The translations under genes and the position numbers were made by a program. Below, in pieces: positions 49,727-57,119 of a stretch of 57,119 bases of DNA. How positions within the stretch are numbered: position 1 is the stretch's first letter; the number at the start of each line of letters is the position of its first letter. A model generated the notes under the pieces. That model did not search any database. It was not told the origin of the DNA and worked only from the letters and a program-made list of their open reading frames with translations. Origin of the DNA: a virus (Duplodnaviria > Caudoviricetes); the IMG/VR virus record IMGVR_UViG_3300033434_000383, positions 1 to 57,119 of that record; one strand, written 5' to 3'.

Positions 49727-50504
49727 CTTTATCCACCTCCCAAGGTTTATCTAAGTCTTCATAGCCTTCATCACGCCACCCCTTCAAGATGGCATCTAAA
49801 TACCCTACTCGCCTTTTCTTATATTTCACAGCCCGGTCAATGGCCTGAATAATCCAATCACATGGGTAATGGTCAATCATATCCAGCACTAAATCCCTGT
49901 GACCAGTGTTGATTATCCCAAACTTATTTTGTAGAACAGTAAATATCTCAGATACCGTTTCTTCATCTCGCGCGCGTTTAGTCTCTGTATTAAAAGAAGA
50001 ATAAGAAGTAAAAGAGAGATAAGGGTTGCAAGTACACTGCTTGTCAGTTGCAAGTAAGTTAGTAGTAACCTGCTCGTCAGTTACAATGTCATTACTAGCA
50101 TCTTGTCCCTTGGTTACAAGCACAGTAGGAGTAACATGCTCTTCGGTTGCGGATAAGTTACAAATACCTGATTCCTCATTTACTAGCACTGGAATGGCAC
50201 TTGCTGCTTCATTCGGATGTGGACTCTGGTGATCAGCAAAATTGTTTATTTGCCCATATCGTATTCCATCGACTTCATACCTTATAACGAATCTCCTATC
50301 AGCTAACAACTGCATTAGTTCTTCGCCATCACAATTATCATAAGCAAGGATATCGGCTCTTAATTTCTTAGGTCGGTCCTCAAATCGTCCTTCCCGATCC
50401 GCCCAACACCATAGGCCAGCAAAAAAGAGCCTGGCCAGTGGAGGTAATTCCCCTAAGTCTTCGTTTTTGAAGAATCCAGGTTTTATATCGCGCTTTCTAG
50501 GCAT
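49623..50504 (-). CDS. Replication initiator with DnaD-like C-terminal domain
   Basis: R.IKPGFF..E.L..ARL.F.GLW..AD.EGR; AI..A....R..YL.AIL..W...G. Confidence 0.85.
   Translation of the reverse strand: MPRKRDIKPGFFKNEDLGELPPLARLFFAGLWCWADREGRFEDRPKKLRADILAYDNCDGEELMQLLADRRFVIRYEVDGIRYGQINNFADHQSPHPNEAASAIPVLVNEESGICNLSATEEHVTPTVLVTKGQDASNDIVTDEQVTTNLLATDKQCTCNPYLSFTSYSSFNTETKRARDEETVSEIFTVLQNKFGIINTGHRDLVLDMIDHYPCDWIIQAIDRAVKYKKRRVGYLDAILKGWRDEGYEDLDKPWEVDKDGTSKSGNRGSYRKSKAGTKPSEVDWDAEKQRAL
50023..50164. repeat. Iteron-like repeats inside the initiator gene, probable phage ori
   Basis: GTTGCAAGTA x2, GTTACAA x3, AGTAAC.TGCTC.TC.GTT x2 in the low-complexity linker. Confidence 0.55.
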
Positions 50505-50686
50505 GTCCCTTTCCCCCTCTGTATTCCGTCCACTTCAAACTCTAATATCTGTTGGTTGCGCTCATATTCAGCCTTTACAAGCTCTAACCGATTCTTTTCA
50601 TAGCAAACCTTACCTAAGCCAAATTCCATAGTCGGAGAACTTCTCAGCTTACGTCCGCACCTTTCGCAACGTATTACGTCATCCAC
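50483..50686 (-). CDS. DUF6011-like zinc-finger protein
   Basis: C.RCGRKL.......G.G.VC. Confidence 0.65.
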   Translation of the reverse strand: MDDVIRCERCGRKLRSSPTMEFGLGKVCYEKNRLELVKAEYERNQQILEFEVDGIQRGKGTCLESAI

Positions 50687-50907
50687 TAGCCAGCCACCGC
50701 CTTTTTAGCGCATACCGGGCAATCACTCATATAGGGAGTTCCATTGGAGGCCTTACAGCTTCGACAAATTGCCGATAGCGTTCGCCATGCATGTCCGCAG
50801 TTTGGACATTTTAGCTTTACCATCGGATAATTAAACCCGATCTTTTCCCCCCGGCCCCCGCATTTCAAGCAATTTGCAATTGTTGTTTTACCCGGTATGC
50901 ACTTCAT
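50686..50907 (-). CDS. Multi-CxxC hypothetical protein
   Basis: Four CxxC pairs; GGGGG RBS. Confidence 0.55.
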   Translation of the reverse strand: MKCIPGKTTIANCLKCGGRGEKIGFNYPMVKLKCPNCGHAWRTLSAICRSCKASNGTPYMSDCPVCAKKAVAG

Positions 50908-50923
50908 TCAAATCCCCCCGTGC

Positions 50924-51175
50924 TTAACCTTCTATTGCCCCAGCCATACTAACCATGCAAGCTTTACAAACATTCTTACCTTTAAACCAAGTTACATTTG
51001 ATACTTCACCGCAAAAGATGCAACCAGGCTCATGTTTTCTCAGCACTATATTGTCGTCATCCACGAATATTTCCAAGCTGTCTTTTTGCTCAATACCCAT
51101 TTCTCGTCGAAGCTCGACTGGTATAACTACCCGTCCAAGCTCGTCCACTTTTCGTAATACGCCTGTACTTTTCAT
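50924..51175 (-). CDS. abrB: AbrB-family transition-state regulator
   Basis: MKSTGVLRKVDELGRVVIP.ELRR..GI...D.LEIFVD...IVL.K..PGCIFCG. Confidence 0.88.
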   Translation of the reverse strand: MKSTGVLRKVDELGRVVIPVELRREMGIEQKDSLEIFVDDDNIVLRKHEPGCIFCGEVSNVTWFKGKNVCKACMVSMAGAIEG

Positions 51176-51257
51176 ATCAAAATGCTCCCCCATTAAAAAA
51201 CTTCACTAGCCATTTGACTAAGCGCCGATTCTGATATACAATTTTGTTATATGTATT

Positions 51258-51782
51258 TTACCTACCATATGAAGTCGTCTGTGTTGCTGCACAGGCGGCT
51301 TTTTCCTTTTCTATTAAGCACTCCTGAAAACTAATACCATACTGTCGTTCTAGCTCTGCAAGCAAATTAAACTCGCAATGTATGCGCTCGATTATTTCCT
51401 TACCAACGCTTAATATGATTTGCCTATCCTCTGGTTTAAGATCATCGGGCTTCCCCTTGTCCAGCAGCAGCTCTGGCAATTTTCGCAGCGCTTCATCTGC
51501 TTCCCGATCCTCTTTGTAAACACGATGGATTAAGCTGTATATATGCCTGTCCACTCGCAAGTAGCTAAAAAGCTTACTAAAACCAGTTGCTTCAAGTGTT
51601 GCGGCCATCATACCGACCATATTTAGCTTTGCTAGCTTTTCTCTTGCTTGACTCGGTATCGGACGTATTTCCTTCATTGCCGAATACAAAGCATCATCCG
51701 AACATCTAAATTCTCTGGCCAATGCCTTAACCGGCTTGTCACTGTAATTAACAGCCAATCTTACAGTGTCGCCTACTCTCAT
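51258..51782 (-). CDS. Phage early regulatory protein (HTH-like)
   Basis: VKALAREF.CS...LY...E.R.IP N-terminus; early-operon position. Confidence 0.55.
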   Translation of the reverse strand: MRVGDTVRLAVNYSDKPVKALAREFRCSDDALYSAMKEIRPIPSQAREKLAKLNMVGMMAATLEATGFSKLFSYLRVDRHIYSLIHRVYKEDREADEALRKLPELLLDKGKPDDLKPEDRQIILSVGKEIIERIHCEFNLLAELERQYGISFQECLIEKEKAACAATQTTSYGR

Positions 51783-51847
51783 TTTCCAGTCCTCCTTTTA
51801 CTACAGGAAATTGTTTCCTTGCGTCGAAATTTGGTATTTGAACGGAA

Positions 51848-52420
51848 GTGATAAACTTGAAAATGCTTGATAAAAAACTTGAAATGCTTTTAGAAGATGC
51901 GTGTTGGTATTACCACAATAAATCAAAAACAGAGCAATTCCGAATTAATACCAATGAATATACTCCTGGTGATGGTTTCTATGAAATGCAGCAAGAAACT
52001 AACGATGCATTAAGATTTCTAGAAAGCAATGGCTATATTGAACAGTTAGTCATAAGCGCCAAATGTCAGTCGTACAAAATAGCTCAAAAAGGTCTAGAAT
52101 ACTTTGATCCGCCACAAACTCCAATTCAAAATATCACTACGATTACTCAAGGCAATAAAAGTAACGCGATAATTGGCAATAGAAATACATTAAACATGAA
52201 CATTAATGGTGATATCTTTATCGACATTCAATCGTCTGAGTTTGATAATGAGCATAAGATTTTGTTAACTAGACTATTTGCTGAAATCAGTAAAACTACA
52301 GAAAACTCATCTATTACAGATATAATTAAAAAATTTGTTTATGAGATTACTGCTGGTGCAGTAACCGATTCCGCAAAAGCTGCTTTAGTTTTTGCCATTT
52401 CAAAATTATACGCCCAATAA
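51848..52420 (+). CDS. Moron hypothetical protein with wHTH-like region
   Basis: AL.FLE..GYI...Y.I..KG..YF; N/Q/T-rich linker; own ACAGGAAAT..GTCGAAAT promoter at 51803-51830. Confidence 0.65.
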   Translation: MINLKMLDKKLEMLLEDACWYYHNKSKTEQFRINTNEYTPGDGFYEMQQETNDALRFLESNGYIEQLVISAKCQSYKIAQKGLEYFDPPQTPIQNITTITQGNKSNAIIGNRNTLNMNINGDIFIDIQSSEFDNEHKILLTRLFAEISKTTENSSITDIIKKFVYEITAGAVTDSAKAALVFAISKLYAQ

Positions 52421-52637
52421 GTCGTACTATTTTCGGATATTGGGAATAACCGATAATTTCTAAAGGCACAATTATTCTGGCATCATGCAGGTATTGCCCA
52501 TTATGAAATACGTGCTCTTGACGACACATTCTAAAATCACGAACTCTCCCGATTAAGTCTATTTTTAAAACGGCGGCATAAAGAAGTCCGTCACTTTTAT
52601 TCTTAAAATACACTATTTTGTTTGCTATATTGCTCAC
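52347..52637 (-). CDS. Hypothetical protein
   Basis: AAGGAG RBS; overlaps the 3' end of the convergent moron. Confidence 0.4.
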   Translation of the reverse strand: MSNIANKIVYFKNKSDGLLYAAVLKIDLIGRVRDFRMCRQEHVFHNGQYLHDARIIVPLEIIGYSQYPKIVRLIGRIILKWQKLKQLLRNRLLHQQ

Positions 52638-52764
52638 ACTCCTTAATCAATCTTTCACTTGTCGTATTTATCTCTCTATTTTCCGACAGCCAAATGGTCT
52701 AAACTATAGTCAGAGGATAACTCCTCTCCCACTTGCTGGTCCTCTTCCAGGACGGGCTTTCTTT

Positions 52765-52887
52765 TTACCCACGTAGCCAACACCGTATAATATGACCGCC
52801 AACATAAATGACTGCTATTGCTATTATTAAGGGTGTAAACTTATCTATCAAATTAGGCTTTTTTCTTTTCTGGCAATGATCATTCAT
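52765..52887 (-). CDS. Unannotated 40-aa membrane peptide
   Basis: GGGGGA RBS; MNDHCQKRKKPNLIDKFTPLIIAIAVIYVGGHIIRCWLRG*. Confidence 0.5.
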   Translation of the reverse strand: MNDHCQKRKKPNLIDKFTPLIIAIAVIYVGGHIIRCWLRG

Positions 52888-52942
52888 ACTAATCCCCCAG
52901 TTAGCAGTAATATTTCAGCAGTTGAGCTCCTATATTGACTAT

Positions 52943-53245
52943 CTATACAGCTTTTACGTCTACCTCATTTTGCATTAGGTAATCCTCTAATACTTCACGC
53001 CTTATAAGAATCCGCGAGTTTAAGCGAACACACCGTAATTTTTGCTGATTAATCAATTCACGAATTAAAAATGTGCTAACCCCTATTGCTTGGGCTGCCT
53101 CTTTTACACTAAATGCTAATTTGCTATCAGTATGAATAATAGTTAGTGGTTTTACTTCCGCTTTTGGTTTCAGAGCTTTCTTTCCGCAATTAGGGCAAAA
53201 CTTCGCCCCCTCTCGGATAGATTCACCACACTTGCATTCGATCAT
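52943..53245 (-). CDS. xis: Excisionase-like protein (zinc ribbon plus HTH_17)
   Basis: C.CG..I...AKFCPNCG; AFSVKEAAQAIGVS...LI....L..VR...RILI. Confidence 0.7.
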   Translation of the reverse strand: MIECKCGESIREGAKFCPNCGKKALKPKAEVKPLTIIHTDSKLAFSVKEAAQAIGVSTFLIRELINQQKLRCVRLNSRILIRREVLEDYLMQNEVDVKAV

Positions 53246-53275
53246 TAAAAACCCCCCTCGTTCAAAAATGCAACT

Positions 53276-53470
53276 TTACGCTGACTTCTCGCTAATTAGT
53301 TCGGATACACTAACTCCAAGAGCAACCGCTATTTTTACAAGAGTACACTTCTTGGGTTCCATCGTTTTACCACTTAGAATCCTAGAAATTTGTGACTGAG
53401 AAACGCCAGATAATTTAGCTAGTCGATACGGCGTAATATGTTTACGCTTCATAAGCTCTTGTATTTCCAT
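53276..53470 (-). CDS. Cro-like XRE regulator
   Basis: ITPYRLAKLSGVSQSQISRILSG..P...TL.KIA.ALGV; AAGGAGG RBS. Confidence 0.85.
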   Translation of the reverse strand: MEIQELMKRKHITPYRLAKLSGVSQSQISRILSGKTMEPKKCTLVKIAVALGVSVSELISEKSA

Positions 53471-53492
53471 TGCATTGCCTCCTTTCTCTTTT

Positions 53493-53578
53493 ATTATAGA
53501 TGCACACTTGCATAATGTCAATGCTTCTTTGCATCTATTTTAAAATGATTTTTATTGCGATATAATGCATCTATACAT
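53493..53578. promoter_or_regulatory. Lysis/lysogeny switch: lytic promoter and three operators
   Basis: Minus-strand perfect TTGACA-N17-TATAAT (53521-53493); ATGC-N6-GCAT at 53500 and 53521, and with one mismatch at 53565. Confidence 0.8.
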
Positions 53579-53593
53579 GCATTGAGGTGTTTT

Positions 53594-54004
53594 ATGAATA
53601 TAGCTAAAAAAATTATTGAATTACGTGAAGCCAAAGGTTGGTCACAATATAAGCTTTATAAGAGTGCTGGAATTAGCCAGTCGAATATCAGCCGAATAGA
53701 AGCTGGACTAATAATTCCTAAAGGAGATACACTTCAAAAAATAGCTAAAGCTCTTGGTGTCTCAATGGCTGAATTCGACGAAAATACACCTGTAAAGGAA
53801 TTATTCCCCCAAGTCATAGAACAAGCCGATCATATGACATTGGACGAAAAAGAACAAATTGCATTGGACCGTCTTTTAAAAATGCCTACAAAAGAACAAC
53901 AAGAATTATTAACCAAAGTTTTGAAAAAATTTCAAAGCCTCCCGGCTGAACACCAGAAGGCTTTAGCATTAATTATTGATTCTCTTGGTCCATCTGAGAA
54001 ATAA
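53594..54004 (+). CDS. CI-like XRE repressor lacking an S24 peptidase domain
   Basis: LREAKGWSQYKL...GISQSNISRIEAG; divergent from cro; short helical C-terminus. Confidence 0.85.
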   Translation: MNIAKKIIELREAKGWSQYKLYKSAGISQSNISRIEAGLIIPKGDTLQKIAKALGVSMAEFDENTPVKELFPQVIEQADHMTLDEKEQIALDRLLKMPTKEQQELLTKVLKKFQSLPAEHQKALALIIDSLGPSEK

Positions 54005-54059
54005 CTTCTTGTAACATCATTCTAAGTAATAATTGCAAAACTTCTTCCGATTCAACCAC
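53973..54059 (-). CDS. Unannotated 28-aa ORF downstream of a LexA box (candidate antirepressor)
   Basis: GGAGG RBS, GTG start; MVESEEVLQLLLRMMLQEVISQMDQENQ*. Confidence 0.5.
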   Translation of the reverse strand: MVESEEVLQLLLRMMLQEVISQMDQENQ

Positions 54060-54082
54060 GATACTCGCCTCCAAAAGTGTTC

Positions 54083-54096
54083 CGAACATATGTTTG
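54083..54096. promoter_or_regulatory. LexA/DinR (Cheo) box
   Basis: CGAACATATGTTTG matches the Firmicute CGAACRNRYGTTYC/G consensus. Confidence 0.7.
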
Positions 54097-54476
54097 GTTT
54101 TGGTTATTATTTCTTGAATAACCTTTGAATTTCCTGCCTAGATTTAACAAATAGTGCAATATTTTTCCTATAAAAACTACCCCCAAACAAAACACGAACC
54201 ACATTTTTAAAAAATATCTAATTCCACATGTCATAATCTTGCATTTTATGGTTAATTTTTAAATTTATCACAAGAAAAAGACACAACACTAAAAAGGTCA
54301 TGTCTTCTTATAAATATAAGTTGGGAATAAAAAGCTCCTCGAATCTTATTAAATTATGTGCTAATTTACCATAATAACAGCTGACAATCCATAAAATTCA
54401 ATATTGTAATGTTACCTTTACCATATACTTGAAATACATCAAGATTAAAGGGTTGTATTCTTTATAAGACAGTAAG

Positions 54477-54714
54477 ATGGTACCTCGCTTATTAAAATTT
54501 ACAGCCTGAAATTTTAATAAGCGAGGTACCATTTGTATCTTATTAAAAATAGATTTAATAAGACTCCCCCCATTCTATATCCTTATTAAATCTTTCGTCC
54601 CATTCCTTAAATAATTTACTGCCTCAGCTTCAGTTATTAAATTATAGTTTAATAGCAAGCATAATAATTGTATGTTATTAAAATTATCCGGCAATAATTT
54701 TAATAACATACAAT
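54477..54714. repeat. Array of four palindromes sharing an STTATTAAA core upstream of fic
   Basis: Perfect 24-bp IR 54477-54532; 10-bp IR 54538-54563; near-IR 54633-54656; perfect 21-bp IR 54667-54714. Confidence 0.85.
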
Positions 54715-54745
54715 GTAAATTTTTACTACACGGAGGACTTTTGTT

Positions 54746-55909
54746 ATGGATTCTTCTAATCGGTCGGGAACATTTATCAAGCAACCATATGATTATACAG
54801 CTTTTATCCCGAAAACACTCCCCCCAGATCCACCTCTTACTATTGACTTTGAAATCATGACCTTACTTTCCAAAGCAGACAGATGTTTAGGTCGGCTTGA
54901 TGGAATAACCCAGACGCTACCCAATCCTGATCTATTCGTTGCAATGTATGTGAAAAAAGAAGCTGTACTAAGCTCTCAAATTGAGGGCACTCAAGCCTCT
55001 CTGATTGACATCTTAGATGTGTCTGATCCAAAAAGTAACGAAAAAGTGAAAGATGTTGAAGAAGTAATAAATTATATTCACGCTATGAACTACGGCCTTA
55101 GTCGTTTAAAGGAACTACCCCTATCCCTAAGATTGTTTAGGGAAATTCATGAAATACTACTTTCTGGAGTACGCGGTTGCGAGCGCTCACCGGGTGAATT
55201 TCGAAGTTCTCAAAATTGGATAGGACCTCCTGGATGCACTCTTTCAACAGCTGTATTTGTCCCACCTCCCCCTCATGAAATGCTTACTGCTCTTGGCGAG
55301 CTTGAAAAGTACTTTCACAGTTCCGATGATATTCCACCTTTAATTAAAATAGGCTTAATTCATGCTCAATTTGAGACCATTCACCCATTCCTTGATGGCA
55401 ATGGACGAATGGGACGTCTATTAATTACTTTCTGGTTATGCCAACAGGAAATTTTAAGCCAACCATTACTCTATATAAGTTACTACTTTAAAATGAATAA
55501 AATTGAGTATTATGATAGGCTAATGGCTGTTCGTAAAAGAGGCGACTGGGAAGATTGGATTAAGTTTTTCCTAAAAGGGCTTGCTGAAGTATCTGCCGAA
55601 TCAACCGACACAGCAAAAAGAATTTTAAAAATGAAAGAAGATCATTCAAAACTCGTTAATACCTCTGTTAAAAATCCTGCAAACGGCCTTAAGTTGCTAG
55701 AGATATTATTTGAGCATCCAGTTATAACGATAAACTTTGTTTCACAAGAACTCAGCGTATCCTATCCAACTGCAAACGTCTTAGTAAGTGAATTTTGCGA
55801 ACTAGGTATTTTACATCACGGCTCCACTGCTCAACGTAATAGAAAATATATCTATTCTTCCTACGTTGATATATTGCAAGCGGGTACAGAACTTACCGAA
55901 AAGCTTTAA
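54746..55909 (+). CDS. fic: Fic family protein (N-terminal DUF4172-like, C-terminal wHTH)
   Basis: HPFLDGNGRMGR Fic motif; EAVLSSQIEGT inhibitory-type motif. Confidence 0.92.
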   Translation: MDSSNRSGTFIKQPYDYTAFIPKTLPPDPPLTIDFEIMTLLSKADRCLGRLDGITQTLPNPDLFVAMYVKKEAVLSSQIEGTQASLIDILDVSDPKSNEKVKDVEEVINYIHAMNYGLSRLKELPLSLRLFREIHEILLSGVRGCERSPGEFRSSQNWIGPPGCTLSTAVFVPPPPHEMLTALGELEKYFHSSDDIPPLIKIGLIHAQFETIHPFLDGNGRMGRLLITFWLCQQEILSQPLLYISYYFKMNKIEYYDRLMAVRKRGDWEDWIKFFLKGLAEVSAESTDTAKRILKMKEDHSKLVNTSVKNPANGLKLLEILFEHPVITINFVSQELSVSYPTANVLVSEFCELGILHHGSTAQRNRKYIYSSYVDILQAGTELTEKL

Positions 55910-55931
55910 TACTACGCTACGGAGGCACCTT

Positions 55932-57119
55932 ATGGCTGTAATAAAGAAAGGCGACAAATATTATGTAGTTATTGAAGAAGGCCGTGATCCAGTCACTAAA
56001 AAACGTAAACAGAAGTGGTATTCCGGCTTTGATAAAAGAGACGATGCAAAAGCCGAAGAAGAACGCATAAAAACGGAAATGCGCCAAGGTACTTTTATCA
56101 AACCCACAAAAACGACAGTGGCCGAATACCTAGACTACTGGCTAGAGGCTCTTGATGTTAGAAATTCTACGTTAGAAAGCTATAAATGGGCTGTCGACTA
56201 TTATCTTAAACCATCGCTTGGTCATTTCGAACTTAATAAGCTGTTACCCGAACATATCGATCAGCATTTTACCAAGCAACGAAAGACGATGGAGAAAACA
56301 CTCAAGGAAGCTCAAAAGCTCGCTGAAGAAGCCGCTGCAACCGGCGAAGAAGTTAAGATTCCTAAAGCACTTTCCCCCACTTCCATTCGCTATCAATTCG
56401 TCGTTCTCAATGCCGCACTTCGCAAAGCAACACGAATGCGAAAAATACCCTACAATCCCTGTGATGCGATAGAGCCCCCAAAGAAAAACAAATATAAACC
56501 TATTGTTCTTGATATTGACCAGATAAAAACTTTACTTAAAAACGCCATCGAAACAAACATATTTATCCCGGTTGTCATCGGCATTACATGTGGTCTTCGT
56601 CGAGGCGAAATATGCGGCCTCATGTGGTCAGATATAGATTTTGATAAAAAGGAACTGCAAGTTTACCGTTCTCTTGATTGGCAGGATGGTGTATTAACCC
56701 CCGGACCACCAAAAAGCGACCGCAGCGAACGACCAGTACCTTTACATGATATGGCTGTCACAATCCTTCAAACAGAAAAAGAACGGCAGAAACTTATAAA
56801 AGAACAAGCGGGCGATCTAGTTACCGAGGAAGGCTATATATGGGCATGGGATGACGGTCGTCCCCATTCTCCAGACTATCTTTATAAGAAGTTCAAACAA
56901 CTATTAGCATCATCTAAATTGCCTGACATACGTGTTCATGATCTTCGCCACAGCTATGCTACCCTTTTACGCGATCAAGGAATAGACATGGAAACCATCA
57001 GCGAAATGTTAGGACACTATTCATCCTCATTTACTCATGGTACATACGCCCACCCTACCAAAAACACACGCAAAAAAGTCGTCAAGGTTTTAGATGCTCT
57101 ATTCGAAGAAAAGCAATAG
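55932..57119 (+). CDS. int: Tyrosine integrase of the prophage
   Basis: GRDPVTKKRKQKW arm domain; GLRRGEI.GL, HDLRH, LGH and TYAH; ATG after GGAGG. Confidence 0.95.
   Translation: MAVIKKGDKYYVVIEEGRDPVTKKRKQKWYSGFDKRDDAKAEEERIKTEMRQGTFIKPTKTTVAEYLDYWLEALDVRNSTLESYKWAVDYYLKPSLGHFELNKLLPEHIDQHFTKQRKTMEKTLKEAQKLAEEAAATGEEVKIPKALSPTSIRYQFVVLNAALRKATRMRKIPYNPCDAIEPPKKNKYKPIVLDIDQIKTLLKNAIETNIFIPVVIGITCGLRRGEICGLMWSDIDFDKKELQVYRSLDWQDGVLTPGPPKSDRSERPVPLHDMAVTILQTEKERQKLIKEQAGDLVTEEGYIWAWDDGRPHSPDYLYKKFKQLLASSKLPDIRVHDLRHSYATLLRDQGIDMETISEMLGHYSSSFTHGTYAHPTKNTRKKVVKVLDALFEEKQ

Noticed and set aside
49152-49754. 200-aa plus-strand ORF and similar shadow ORFs (e.g. 5438-5788, 11943-12275, 16434-16784, 18079-18450, 23238-23636, 32614-32958, 41800-42156)
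   Set aside because: They are antisense or off-frame to well-supported genes, with no recognisable motif
54477-54714. CRISPR array
   Set aside because: The repeats vary in length, lack regular unique spacers, and no cas genes are present

Overview
The window holds two integrated elements in tandem. They meet at a displaced 3' half of tRNA-Val(CAC) at 12611-12655 (minus strand), which serves as the att core. The host is probably a spore-forming Firmicute, most likely a diderm Negativicute; this is inferred from the SSB, RecU, AbrB and DnaD-type genes. The left element (1-~12655, running off the left edge) is AT-rich and partly decayed, resembling a phage or satellite. It carries a tyrosine integrase, xis, a zinc-finger regulator, an HTH Rep-like gene, two terS paralogs and several toxin-antitoxin modules. 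The right element (~12611-57119) is an apparently complete temperate myovirus prophage with a lambda-like cos/gpA head, a P2/Mu-like contractile tail, a replication module, a cro/cI switch, Fic and an integrase. The most interesting signals are: (1) a lysis cassette with no recognisable spanins that continues into a class-3 lipase and a permuted papain-like amidase; (2) a translationally coupled three-gene TIGR04255-like / 58-aa / MBL-hydrolase operon, a candidate defence system; (3) an unannotated 28-aa ORF behind a LexA box, facing a CI that lacks a peptidase domain; (4) a phased palindrome array upstream of fic; (5) a CxP-repeat peptide beside cos with a sigma-K-like promoter; (6) two extra tail-fibre cassettes upstream of terminase that share a structured leader. 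Family names come from motif recognition, not database searches.
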